DNA of 64,000 nt, taken from contig NC_043003.1 in the NCBI RefSeq assembly GCF_006345805.1, positions 116,560,001 to 116,624,000 of the forward strand, written 5' to 3'. Positions 26,416 through 39,766 of this stretch are shown here, piece by piece. This DNA comes from Octopus sinensis (lineage: Eukaryota). The number at the start of each line of letters is the position of its first letter. Positions within the stretch are counted from its first letter, which is position 1. The notes under the pieces are model-generated. The model saw only the letters and a program-made list of their open reading frames with translations, was not told the origin of the DNA and ran no database searches. The translations under genes were made by a program, and so were the position numbers.

Positions 26416-26500
26416 CAATTAATAAATAAATAAAATATATGCATATATACATACATATATGTACGTACCTACCTCTACATGTATATATACATGCATATAT

Positions 26501-26675
26501 GGGTACAGAACACCAAAAAAACGTCGAACACAATGAGAAACGAAAACATAAACACAAAACCAAGGAAATGGACATTTTTTTAAATCAACGAAAAAATAGA
26601 GTACAGGACATACAAAACAAGGAAAATTCACCTTCTTCAGTCGCCTTAATTTCATCTACTCCACGTTTCGAAGGT
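26501..26675 (-). mobile_element. PLE-type terminus of a further family, between (TA)n tracts
   Basis: Minus strand starts ACCTTC-GAA-ACGT-GGAGT (3' half of an HHR) and ends TGTACCC|ATAT. Confidence 0.45.
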
Positions 26676-26680
26676 ATATA

Positions 26681-26726
<46 letters not shown>

Positions 26727-27999
26727 GCACACACACACATGCATACATATATATAGACTGAATAAACTGTGTCAATATTCCTTAGGACTTAATTCTTTTA
26801 ATGAGTTCCTCAGATGAATGAAATCCCGTCGAGATCCTCATTACGTTTCGTTCGAGTCTTCTAATTCAAGTGAGGGTGACTGGTAGCAGAATTCTTAGCG
26901 CCTTCCTGATAGAACGTGTTATAAACAGAATTGAGACGAAACGAAACAGTAAATATTTACTACTTTCATAAACACCAACTGTTTTTTTTTTTAAATGTAT
27001 CAGTTGGGTGACTTTTAAGAATGCGTTTACGTCATTGAATAGTAAATGCCAAATACATCGTAATCTGAATTGTGATAAATTATTACTCCATTGAAATTGT
27101 AAAGAAAAACTTATCCAGGTCAAGACATCTAAACGATTTGACATTAGATTTTTGCAGACATGAAAGGGAGATAATAATCTTTTTTGCTAAACATGAAGAT
27201 GAAAGATTCTGAAATCACTTAAATTTTAGAAAACCAAATAACTATTAAATGCCAATTAACCAAAATTGGCATCATTTATTCGAACATTTAAATCGTTAAT
27301 TATATGTAGATTTGATGCTAACATTTTCAGTGTTTTGAATATTTATGCAATTTATCGTATTTTGCAAGTAATGTGTATGCAATTAGCTGATGGTGAGTGA
27401 AATTTTTATTAAAAATATATGAAACTCCTAGCTAATGTATTGAGCGCCATGTTCTATCGTTTATCTAATCATTCTCATTTACGTACATGAATAATTACAT
27501 ACATATGTCTATGTATATGCATATATATACATATGTGTGTATATCTCTGTGTGTGCAAATTTTTGCGCATGTATATGCAAAAATGTATGTACATGTGTGT
27601 TTCTTCGTATACATATACATTAATGCATTAATTTGGAAAGACAATCATGTCAGATTTTAAGATGGGAAAGAAACAAATGTTTTTGAAATCTTCATTGATA
27701 TATTTTATCAAGATTAATATTTACCCTCATTGTTGATAAATTAATCCCATCTATTTGCTAAATTGTTTATCCCTCTGACGTAACATTCTTCAGATTTTGA
27801 AAATATGAAACACTCAAGACCATTTCCAACCTCTTCATGATTAATAAACGAAATGACTTTGCAACGATCTTGAAAAGGCGATAATGAGATCGTAGAATGA
27901 GATCGTCCATATTTAGTTCTATAGTTTGTCTTCTCCTGCGTGACTTGAGGACTCTAGGATTGTGTAATGTCGTTTATAAGCATCACATCACCTGTAATA

Positions 28000-28365
28000 C
28001 TTTACGTTTTACTGGTTTCAGTAATTTGACATCGGCCATGCTGGGGCACCACCTTCAATAAGTTTTAGTCGAATGACTCAGTCCCAATACTTATTGTTTT
28101 AAAGCTTGGTACTTATTCTATAGGACTCTTTTGCCGAACAGCTAAGTTACGTGGTCATAAACACACCAGTACTGGTTATCAAGTGGCTGACAACCACACA
28201 CACACACAAATACATATACGACGGACATCTTGCAGTTTCCGCCTGCTAAATCCACTCAAAAGGCTTGAGCCGGCCCGAGGCTATACTGGTAGACACTCTT
28301 CCAAGTGCCACACAGTGAGACTGAACTCGAACCTATGTGTTTCAGAAGCACAGCCACACTTGCAC
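28000..28365 (-). mobile_element. SINE family B, diverged
   Basis: Tail, 3' half, central domain and head motifs are colinear with family B. Confidence 0.75.
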
Positions 28366-28529
28366 CTATTTAGGATTTAGCAATCGCAATATGATTAATC
28401 TTTCATGGGTGCTTATCTGCAATTTTTTGTGCAATGCTTCCAAACGATGTCATTTTAAATTCGTAGTAATTACTGGATTTCAATTGAACATTTATTGAGA
28501 GTTGACACGCTTCGTACCACACCAAGCTC

Positions 28530-29045
28530 AGAGTATAGCTCTTTTCGGGTATAGTCCAGGCTAGGGAATGGATTCTCTCTTTTCATTGGTTGCTAACTAT
28601 TTTCGTTTTCTTTAGAAGTGATTATAGAAAATCCATTTTTCATCAGTTCTGATAATTCAATTCAGGAAATGTTTGGTAGAAATTGTACACTTCAGTCATG
28701 AGCAGAGAGTAACTCTGTAATTAAGGTTAAAAGCAGCCGGGTGTTGAGTGACATTTTGAGATATTTTTCCTTGTTTATGATCGATGTGTGACTTCAAAGT
28801 ACAGTTTTGCTAATTCTCATGCAGTTCGCTTAAGATATTCATGAACTACGGCTTTCAGAAGTTCAATATTGACAGAATGTGCTCGCCCAGTTTGAGGGAA
28901 ATCTACGAGAGAAAACTTTGTCAAGCGAAACTCACCAAACAGTTGTTTGAATGTCCTGATATTTAAAGTTTCATTTCCAAACAAAGAATGAATAGTTCTT
29001 GCCGCCATCATTGTTGAAGAGCAACTTCCGAATGCATTCAACGGG
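28530..29045 (-). mobile_element. mariner transposase remnant
   Basis: HTH-like AARTIHSLFGNETLNIRTFKQLFGEF...TGRA and a downstream DEKWIFYN motif. Confidence 0.8.
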
Positions 29046-29362
29046 AAGTCTCTGATATGAATCTGATCTTAACTCATTTTAAAAAGGAAACAATCGACAG
29101 TAATTTAAGCACCAAATCAGAAAGAATAGAAAAATGCCTAGGATGTCAAAATGCTTATTTTCCAGTATTAAAGCAAGTATCCTGAAAATGATCGTGTAAA
29201 AAAGCAACAAGATTTCTTTTCCAACCTAAGAAAGGTGATACATCAAAAATATAACACGGAACGTGATATGGGGAGATGTGAAGAAACTTTGAATGTGATC
29301 GTTTTCCTTATATTAGTATTGATCAAGACAGCACTTGTATATAACGCATATTCCGTATACGT

Positions 29363-29747
29363 GGAGGCGCAATGGCCCAATGGTTAGGGCAGCGGACTCG
29401 CGGTCATAGGATCGCGGTTTCGATTCCCAGACCGGGCGTTCTGAGTGTTTATTGAGCGAAAATACCTAAAAGCTCCACGAGGCTCCGACAGGGGATGGTG
29501 GTGATCCCTGCTGTACTCTTTCACCACAACTTTCTCTCACTCTTACTTCCTGTTTCTGTTGTACCTGTATTTCAAGGGGCCGGCCTTGTCACTCTCTGTG
29601 TCACGCTGAATATCCCCGACAACTACGTTAAGAGTGCACGTGCCTGTGGAGTGCTCAGCCACTTACACGTTAATTTCACGAGCAGGCTGGTCCGTTGATT
29701 CGGATCAACCGGAACCCTCGTCGTCGTAACCGACGGAGTGCTTCCAC
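29363..29747 (+). mobile_element. SINE family A, full length with TSD
   Basis: A/B box head; 13-bp TSD ATTCCGTATACGT (29350-29362, 29748-29760). Confidence 0.95.
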
Positions 29748-30284
29748 ATTCCGTATACGTATGTCTATTATACAATCCGTATTTCTACAGGTGCGTGTTT
29801 ACAACGTTCATATGTATAAAATTTTAAATAAAAACTATAATCGTATATATGCACATATAAATACACGCGTATTTTTATAGAGATTTATTTGTATACAATA
29901 TAAATTAGTTTATATAGATATTATGCGGGTATATATATATATAAACATATAGTCCACAGAAGAGATCCAGAGATTCTCAGTATAAAAGACGCTTAGTAGT
30001 ACTCAAGCGATTCAAACTTAGATTCCGATGTGTTTACGCAAAGTAAAGAATGGCTGTAAAAGGGATCAAGTTGAACGGATATAGAAGCAATTATGCGGAT
30101 AAATAAATTTGATACATTAAGTATATTAAATATGATAATTTGAGTAGGAAATACAAAATATATATATATGTAGGCATGCAAAACGAGAGAATGCAAAATG
30201 TGGAGACCCTCAGTTGATGAAATTTTAAGTATAAATATAGAAATATTTGCATTAATAGGTCCAACAAGCAACATATATATATAT

Positions 30285-30343
<59 letters not shown>

Positions 30344-30356
30344 GTTATTATTTATA

Positions 30357-30413
<57 letters not shown>

Positions 30414-30418
30414 TATAT

Positions 30419-30470
<52 letters not shown>

Positions 30471-30496
30471 ATACACATATATTATATATTATATAT

Positions 30497-31215
30497 CACA
30501 GCATATCTCCAGACGTCTCCGTCACTAGTCATTGCCTCAGCGAAGCCCAATGTTCGAAGGTCGTTCTTCACCACCTCATCCCATGCCTTCCTGGGTCTAC
30601 CTCTTCCACAGGTTCTAGCTAGCACAACTGCTAGCGTGTGACAAGTTTTCACAAAGCTGTTCTCATCCATTTGCAACACATGACCATCGCAGCGCAGTCG
30701 TCTCTCTTGCACATCACGAGATGCTTCTGAAGTCCAACTTTTCCTTCAGGGCGCTTACACTCTGTCGTGTATGCACACTGACAATACACATCCAGCAGAG
30801 CATACTGGTTTCATTCTTTGCAAGCTTACGCATCTCCTCAGCAGTCACGGCCCATGTTTCACTGCTGTGTAGCATGGCTGTTCGTATACATGCGTCATAC
30901 TATCCACCTTTTACTCAAAGCGAGAAGCCCTTTGTCGCCACCAGAGCTAGGAGCTCTCTGAACTTTGACCGGGCTATTCTTATTCTATCAATTACACATT
31001 CAGAGCATCCACCCCAGCCACTGACTTGGTCACCTAGGTAACGGAAGCTATCAACTACTTGTAGTTTTTCTCCCAGGAATGTGACTGAAGCTGTTCTCTG
31101 CACATTTGCAGTATTTATTGCTCCTAAGCATTTGCCATATGTAAAACTATCTTCCCAGTTAGCCTTCCTTTGATATTTCTGCACCGCTCATGTGTCCATG
31201 GTGTACACAGGTAAT
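30497..31215 (-). mobile_element. RTE-clade (RTE-X-like) LINE ORF2 C-terminal fragment
   Basis: LQVVDSFRYLGDQVSG...RIRIARSKFRELL and QERRLR.DGHVLQMDE...RGRPRKAWDEVV. Confidence 0.9.
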
Positions 31216-31238
31216 CTTTTGAGTATTTATGTATGTAT

Positions 31239-31287
<49 letters not shown>

Positions 31288-31399
31288 ATATATATATATA
31301 TACATATGTATGTATGTATGTATGTATGTATGTTTGTATGTATGTAAGTATGTATGTAATATTATATGTATATATATATATATATTATATTGCATCTAT

Positions 31400-31630
31400 A
31401 TATGTGTGTGTGTGTATGTCTGTGTGTTTTTGTTTCTGTGTTTGTTCCCCCGCCCACCATAGCTTGACAGCCGATGTTGGTGTGTTTGCGTCCCTGTAAC
31501 TTAGCTGTTCGGCAGAAGAACTGATAGAATAAGCACCAGGCTTAAAAGGAATAAGTCCAGGGGGCGATTTCTTCGAATAAAGGTCTGTGCTCCAGTATGA
31601 CCATCATTAAATGATGGAAGCAAGAGAAAG
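31400..31630 (+). mobile_element. SINE family B, 3' half
   Basis: TTGACAGCCGATGTTGGTGTGTTTGCGTCCC...GAATAAGTCCAGGGGCGATT. Confidence 0.7.
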
Positions 31631-31897
31631 AACAAATGAATGCCAAAGGAACGTTCCGTACCACTAAACCAAGAAGGTTCTTTGAATATGTACGATGTAT
31701 TTCAAGGATAAATAGTAATTCTGTTTACATTTGCGTAACTGAGATATTTTGGATTATATAGTTATTTTGTTTTACCCTTCTTTCTATATTTTGTAAGTGT
31801 CAAAATACAGAAATATTTCTCATGGCACCAGCGCAACAATTTACAGATGGTTATACTTTTTATATTTCCCTGAATTGTTCACGAGCCCTGCTATTAC

Positions 31898-31929
<32 letters not shown>

Positions 31930-31959
31930 TATATATTATATATATATATGATATATATA

Positions 31960-31994
<35 letters not shown>

Positions 31995-32084
31995 CGTGTG
32001 GTGTGTGTGTGTGTGTGCGTTTGTGTGTGTGTTGTGTGTGTGTTATATATATATATAATATATACCAGGTCATGTGTGATCCCA

Positions 32085-32620
32085 TCAACATTCCTGTTTT
32101 TTTCAGTTCCAGGAGCTAACAGTTGTAGGAGGACGGGATAAACTCCCTGTATCGACTTTCTATCAAACCAGATAGTAACTTTACCTTGTCCTTATTCTTA
32201 GTGTAGGTTTTGAAGAGTTCAGTTGGATTTATGCAATTATTCCTTCAAAGATATAATGGAAGTGACGAAGGAACATATTCGACATAATTTGATTTATGAG
32301 TTCAACAAAAGCAACAACGCAACGGAAAGTGTGAGGAATATTAATGCAGTATATGGGGATCGGACAATAATTGTAAGCCAGTGTCAACCATGTTTCCAAA
32401 AATTGTGAGCCGGAAACTTCAGCCCAGAAGACGAGCCTCGTCCTGGAAGTTCTGTAGAGCTCGACGCGGACGTCCTGCAAACCCTGGTGGAACAAAACCC
32501 TGTTGTAACTGTTGAGGAACTAGCAGAGAAGTACGGATTTGATCATTCAACCATTCATTGATACATGCGTACCATCGGAAAAGTCAACAAATTGGTTGAA
32601 TGGGTTCCTCATAAACTTCT
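32085..32620 (+). mobile_element. mariner element, 5' part with transposase N-terminus
   Basis: MEVTKEHIRH..YEFNKSNNATES...EDEPRPG...WVPHKL from ATG 32256, with internal stops. Confidence 0.9.
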
Positions 32621-32643
32621 TGCCTTATATATATATATATATA

Positions 32644-33481
32644 CATAGTGTGCGAAGGGTAGATTGGCGCTATCTTATATTTTTAATTTCGCGCAGGCGC
32701 ATCGTTTGTTTTTGAATTTGTCGACTACACAGTATAGTAGGGTCAGTTGGGCACCGGCTTTGAGAAAAACAACACCCTGACGCAATTCACTCAGCCAGAA
32801 ATTTGGAAATGATATGCTGCACTGTTTGGCATTCGACTGGAAGCTCCAATACGAACATCTCAGGATAGTGCATGTATTGAGATTGATAAAAATCCAACAT
32901 CTACTTTACATCATGGTGTTTTGAGTGATCACTAGTGATTGCGACGTTATGTTTCCGTTCATCTTCCTGCACAACCTCAAACTCAACACAGAGCCCTACA
33001 TCAAGTGCCTAGCGTATATAGTGTTGCCTTGGGCCAAGTGGGTGGCTGCTGGAAGACCCTGTGTCTGGCAACGGGATGCTCTCACCATGCCACAAAAGCA
33101 GAGGAACCCAATCGTGGCTGTCAGACAATTTCTGCGACCACATCACTCCTAACACCTGGCCACCTATCTCCCCAGACTGCAACCCCTTGATTATTATGTG
33201 TGGGGTGCAGTTGAGCGAGAGACCTGCAAAACTAATTGCAAAACCAAAGATGAACTGAAGGCAAGGATTATGTCAGCATGCACCAAATTAAGCAGGGAGA
33301 CCGCCGAGAAGAGTTGCAAGAGATTCCAAAGTCGTCTGGGGGTCGTGGGTGAAGCCAATGGTGATTGTATTTAATAAATTTATTCTTTAGTATTTCAAAA
33401 TATTTTGATATCTGTTAAAATGAGATGTCAGAGTTATTTTCATTTTTGCGTAGGTAGACGACAATATATTCCCGCACCCTG
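32644..33481 (+). mobile_element. Internally deleted Tc1/mariner element (DD37D, maT-like)
   Basis: W.RD...WLSDNFCDHITPN.WPP.SPDCNPL(D)YY with about 37-residue D-D spacing; degenerate TIRs ending CGCACCCTG|TA. Confidence 0.85.
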
Positions 33482-33570
<89 letters not shown>

Positions 33571-33619
33571 CATATTTTAATACATTGTTTATATATTGAG
33601 AAAATAGAGAGAACAGATA

Positions 33620-33710
33620 GACGACTATAGATAGATAGAGAGAGAGAGAGAGTTAGAGATAGATAGATACATACATACATACATACATACATACATACAT
33701 AGACAGACAT

Positions 33711-33800
<90 letters not shown>
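33620..33800. repeat. (GATA)n/(CATA)n microsatellite
   Basis: Direct tandem repeat. Confidence 0.95.
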
Positions 33801-33803
<3 letters not shown>

Positions 33804-34631
33804 CGAATGCTCAAACTGATTTGCCACCATGGCAGATGTCTATGAATGCAAATACACGTGATTGCCTGTTTATACAATTTATGTTTTAATATCTCTAGAC
33901 GTTTCTGTGTATGTGAAATGTCTGTAGTATTTGTGTAGTAAAGTTGTATATTTCGCCTGTAGACATTTCCAATATTTGTTGTAATTTAAATCCGACAACC
34001 AGTAATACATTGATGGATTGTTATTAACAACAGAAAATCTATTTGCCCAGAGGATAAATATATACACAGTAACTGCTAATTCATTCGGTACTCTATTGCT
34101 TTGAGTGGAAGGAAAGATTGGCTAAAGGCAGACCTGTCATGTTTTTCTGATTCTGTGGAATATATACTTGCTCATATGTATGCCCTTCCTTTCAGACAGA
34201 TTTGAATAGTTTGCTATCATTTTAAAACACACTCTATGAGAAGACGGCATAGATTAGTGAGACCCGTAATCAAAATCTGTCTATACATGATATATAGCTA
34301 TTGCTTGTCTGATTGATTGATGAAGATGTATTAAATAGAGACACAGTTTTATAACCACACACAGGCATCGTGCCGTTCTTGAAGTGTAATTCAAGAACGG
34401 CTTTTTAACTAGGAACTTTAAGAATGCACAAACAAGAATGTTTATGGAGGAATGGAAGATATTTAGATTAGACAGTAGTGGAATATGAACCCACGATATA
34501 ATCGGGCGTCAAAAAACATACTTAAACATTATATAATTTACTCTACTGATTCTATCTTCTTTTCAAGAAGAGATAATATAAATAACTTTGTAGGTAATTC
34601 GTAGAGATTTGCATTATATATATATATATAT

Positions 34632-34663
<32 letters not shown>

Positions 34664-34943
34664 ATATATATTATATGAATAGCCTTCGCGTTAGCTATTG
34701 GTTCGTTTTGTTCTCTTACTTATTATCATCTTATAATCCTCTCCTAATAAGACCTTTATGACTCGTATTACTATACTACCTCAGTCAATCTAAATGTATA
34801 TATTCGTCACTACCTGTCATAAATAGCCTTTTTCTATCTGCAACGTGCATTTCGTTGATTTTTCATATTTTACCCTTACATTTCCACGTGTATTTTTATT
34901 TTCTTTCGTAACATATTTCTACTATACATATATATATATATAT

Positions 34944-34982
<39 letters not shown>

Positions 34983-35068
34983 TATTGCGCTGGTCTTCGA
35001 AAATTTTAAGACAGATATTCCAGAGGCTTCGATGCAGTAGCCTCGTGTATATTGCCTCTACCAAAGGT

Positions 35069-35169
35069 TTCTTTACTGACGAAGCGTGACCTATGGTAGA
35101 TTAGCTTAATTTAATTTAATTAAGCTGGTCTATCATTAAAAACGCAGAAACGATGCATCGTCTAAAAGA
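35069..35169 (+). ncRNA. Type I hammerhead ribozyme with extended stem II and 12-nt palindromic stem III
   Basis: TTTA-CTGACGA-AGCGT...ACGCA-GAA-ACGATGCATCGT-C-TAAA; inner stem II helices ATGGTAGA/TCTATCAT and AGCTTAATT/AATTAAGCT; GUC site at 35160-35162. Confidence 0.75.
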
Positions 35170-35283
35170 TGATTAGGGTAAACGTTTTTAATTTTTCAAC
35201 TATTTCCGAATTACATTCTTGGCGGTTGGAGTTATGGCCTCTGTCTAGTGGACGAATGGCCTGTTAAGGCCATTCCTAAATTG

Positions 35284-35372
<89 letters not shown>

Positions 35373-35384
35373 ATACATATATAT

Positions 35385-35590
35385 CTCCTTTTTTCTCAAC
35401 TTTTTTCTCTCTTTTTTTTCTTTCCTTTCTTCTCTCCTTGTTTCTCTTCTTCTTGTTTCTCTGTTCCTTTCTGTAGAAGAGCGTTGGCTCGAAACGTAAA
35501 ATACTTTTTCTATTCCTGAGCGTTATACTAATGCATCTGTTTGTTTTGTACACCACCTGTCTTTGTCATTTGTTTTTTCGTAAACCTCCC
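35385..35590 (+). mobile_element. Short non-autonomous PLE-type terminus with HHR-like motif (35467-35502)
   Basis: CTTT-CTGTAGAA-GAGC-GTTG-GCTC-GAA-ACGT-A-AAA; ends TAAACCTCCC|(TA)n. Confidence 0.75.
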
Positions 35591-35594
35591 TATA

Positions 35595-35642
<48 letters not shown>

Positions 35643-35905
35643 GGTTAAGTAATTGAGATTCTAGTGAATTCTAAAGAATTCACATGAATATGGTCCTTAA
35701 CCAGGATGCACCGATATCTATATGGTGTTAGCCATACGACAAGTGGGGTGATTATAAATAGGAAAAAAGCAACAAGAATGGATTAAAATCTCGGTACGAT
35801 CGTTTCATACGAGATATATATATATATAATAGTTTGACTCATCTATAAAATACCTGATGAGATGGGAAATATCAAAGGGGGGAATGCTGCGTCTTAGAAT
35901 CCGGC

Positions 35906-35937
<32 letters not shown>

Positions 35938-37519
35938 GGACAGACAGACATGATATGATATATTCAATAACTATGTTTTACTCGACCTTGTCGAGTATGG
36001 GAAAACGGCCGTAATTTTTTTTAAATAATTCAATTCTGTGGTTTATTCTCACAATTTTCTTTTTCGGAAAACTGTAGAAAACATTCCTAAATAAAATTAA
36101 ATCTTTTATCTTTTTTAATTATTTTTTATGAAACAGCCATCGTGTAATTTATTTCGTTGACGGTATGATTACATGTATATCAGTAGAAAGCGATATAGAT
36201 CAAATGCAATCAATATCGTGAAGTATTTTGGGTCAACGCCCCAATAATTCATCGGCGATAACGTCTTAATTTGTGTATACGGCTTTGTGCTTGTATCTTC
36301 GACAGGAGATTCCATTACATATGTGTGTGTATGTGTGTGTTTCAGTTTGTACGTATGCATGTGTGGTGTGTGTGTGCGGATGTCTATGTAAACACACACA
36401 TATATATATGCACTGTGTGTGTGTGTGTGTGTGAGTGTGTGTGTGAGTGTGTGTGTGTGTGTGATTATTCAGTTTTATTTCAAGATTTCGTTCTAGTAAT
36501 GGCTTAGATCTGCAGTCTTTGAATCAACTTTCTCCTTTCTGGTTTTGAGAGGCCTAATTTCTGAAGATTGCTATTTAAGCAGTGTATTACTTATCCGAAT
36601 GTCCCACTAATTACAGATATTACAAAGGTATAAATCTATGTATGTATGTATACTTATATATTTCGCTATCTTTCAAAACCCAAGCAAGAGTCAATTCTTA
36701 CCAAAAAACAAACTTGATTAAAGGCGCACAATTAACACTGCTAGTGTATGTCATGCGGACATCTGATGTCTATAATCCAAGAATCCAAGAAAGCTTGAAG
36801 AATCACAGCAGAGCCTTGCTACGAAAGTTCCATCAAATTTGCTATCGACCATGACGGAGTACGCGACAATGTTGACCTCCATCAGATGCTGAGGAAATCC
36901 GTCACCGTGAGTTATTTTTCTCATCTCATATCCCTTGACTGCTGGAGATAAGTTTAAGCAGCTGCCGTGCTGATGACTGCTATTCAGCCTGAAACACGTA
37001 TCCACCAGAGTCGTCTTATGTCCAGACATAACCCATGGCATTTTTGTTAAAGTTATGATAAAATTTGAGCATGCTAGAATTTCGAAATTGTGTCGCGCCT
37101 CAGGTGGATCTGGTAATTTTGATGCATACGCTTGAGGCAGAGATAATTGGAATACATCAGTAATCTGTATTGTGTGGTATTTAATATACCCGTATCTGTT
37201 GATCTTGCTCGAATATGCTCAGCTAACTGCTATCAGTTATGTCTCCAATCTCGTTTTTGCTTAAATCATACAAATTTACAAAGTTCGTTAACTCCTGGAG
37301 ATAAGGTCGAACAATTGTCGAACTGATGAAGACTGATCAGCCAGAAACACTCGCCCATGACCCTCTACTTTTCTCCAGTAAGAAAATAAATATGTTCTTT
37401 ACAGAATAGCATGTTAAAATTGGGGAATTCTTAAATCTCAAGATTATCTCGTCCATTTGGCAATTATGAGATACCCGCTTCAAACAGAGGATTTGTGTGT
37501 GTGTGTGGTGTGGGGGGGG

Positions 37520-37655
37520 TATACTTTTCAAGATTATGCAAAAACAAAGACAGCGTCATGTGATGGAACAATCAATAACCTGTATTAGTTAGAAGCTCAA
37601 GAGAAATGGAAGACGTTTGACGTTTCGAGCCTACGCTCTTCTACAGAAAGTAAAC
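37520..37655 (-). mobile_element. Diverged PLE-type terminus with HHR-like motif (37616-37650)
   Basis: Minus strand CTTT-CTGTAGAA-GAGCGTAGGCTC-GAA-ACGT-C-AAA. Confidence 0.65.
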
Positions 37656-38393
37656 AAATGGAGCTGTACGTATGTACATCATGCATTTGGCACTAGATTA
37701 ATTTTTTAGTCTTTGCCATTGTTTTCCAAGTCCCAATTCATTTATATTCTCTATATTTCTACAGTGAAATTTCTAGTCATTTTACAAACAGAAATTTATT
37801 TTTTAACATATTTGTTTGGTTGTTTTCTATCAGAATTCTCTTTTTTTCTTCCTCATTGTTATTATTTATCTTTTCTTTGCGCAGCTTGATCTCCACTGAC
37901 ACAATTCTCTTTCTTTTCCTCCTTTTGTATTTTTTCTCAATTTCTCTATTTTCTGATCGTTTTCTTCTTATGTGCCGTTTTTCTTCATCTGTCACCTATA
38001 CACTTGAATAGTATTTGTTGTCGAAGCTATTTCGGCATGGAGGACAAATTGCCTGTGGCGTGACACTCAGCACTAGAGTCTAAAAATCTATTGACAATGT
38101 CACCTTATCAAAACCCCTTAGACACTGCCGCCAAAACTACCATCACAAACAAAACTATCAACAAAGAAGACAATGAATAATGAAAACTAAAGGCTATAGA
38201 AAATAACAAGTAAAAAATATATATAATACACACGAAAGTACCCCCCCCCCACCATCAATAATATTATGATATGGTGTTCAGTTCGAATGTTGTGGCAAAT
38301 ACTTGCACGAAAACAGATAGACAGATAGAGAGAGAGAGAGAGAGAGAGAGTGAGAGAGAGAAAGAGAGAGAGAGATAATGGATAGATAGATAA

Positions 38394-38456
<63 letters not shown>

Positions 38457-38742
38457 TAGAGAGAAAGATAGATAGGTAGAGAGAGAGAGAAAGATAGACA
38501 GATAGATAGAGAGATAGATAGAGAGATAGATAGATAGACACACGTCAATAACCACATCTCCAATATCATCATCATCATCATCATAACTTTTGATCAACAA
38601 CAACAGCATTTATTTTTTCGGGTCTGTTTTTGAGTTTGACAAAAATGTATTGTTAGATGGTGGCGGTGGTAACAACGGCGTCGTCGAAGGGGGCGCTGTT
38701 GATGCTAACGGTTCTGTTGGTCTCTATTTCCCCCTATCATTT

Positions 38743-38773
<31 letters not shown>

Positions 38774-39066
38774 ATTATATATATATATATATTATATATA
38801 TATATAATATATAGATTCTATATGTGTGTGTGTGTGTTTGTAACCCGTGTGTATGGATTATATATATGTGTGTGTGTGTTTGTGCGCGTGTGTGCGCGTG
38901 TCCGTGTGTATGGATATATATATATGTGTGTGTGTGTATGTGTGCGTGTGTGTGTGTGTTTTTGTCCGTTGGGCCTGGATATATATATATGTGTGTGTGT
39001 GTGTGTGTATCTGCTTGTCTGTTTTTGTGTGTATCTGAGTGTGTATGTGCATGTGTTGGGAGAAAG

Positions 39067-39105
<39 letters not shown>

Positions 39106-39368
39106 AAGAAAGAAGGAAAGACAGAAAGAGAGAAAGAAAGAAATGGAAAGAAATGGACAGCAGGCAGTCATACAGAACGGCCACGAGATGGCGATATGCC
39201 AAGCACAACGGATAGCTCTTCAGTTTCGAAGTGAGTTACCTCACAGGCGCCAATTATCTCAGTCGCTCACTCGCCATTCCTTCCTTGCCCTCATCCTCTT
39301 ATATCACTCCACTTTGTCATTATTCTCTTCTTATTCCATCTTCCAATCTTTCTTTTACGCTGTTTCTC

Positions 39369-39404
<36 letters not shown>

Positions 39405-39494
39405 CGTCGTTGCCGCTGCTGCCGTTGATAAATGCCATTGTAGCGATGACTACAATTTTAAACTTTCTTACCTTGAAGTGCCGCGGTCATCATC

Positions 39495-39715
39495 CTACAC
39501 TTCATCAATAGTAGCGGCACAAGCAGTGTCATCATCAAGGTCATCATCATCATCATTATTGTCATCATCATCATCATCATCATCATCATCGTCATCGTCA
39601 TCATCATCACCGTCATCATCATCATCATCATCACAATCATCATCATCATCATCATCATCATTAAGGTCATCATTATCATCATCGTCATCATAATCATAAT
39701 CATCATCATCAAGGC

Positions 39716-39766
<51 letters not shown>

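Noticed and set aside
35785-35860. Minus-strand GAA-ACGATCGT-A (palindromic stem III-like) near TAGATGA/CTGATGA
   Set aside because: Stems I and II cannot be built consistently; at best a decayed half-site.
36965-37005. CTGATGA...GAAAC spacing like a hammerhead
   Set aside because: Stem II is out of register and stems I/III do not pair properly.
38657-39511. 284-aa ORF, with a GTGAGT donor-like site at about 39230
   Set aside because: Concatenated microsatellites; the putative exon has a purine-rich, implausible acceptor.
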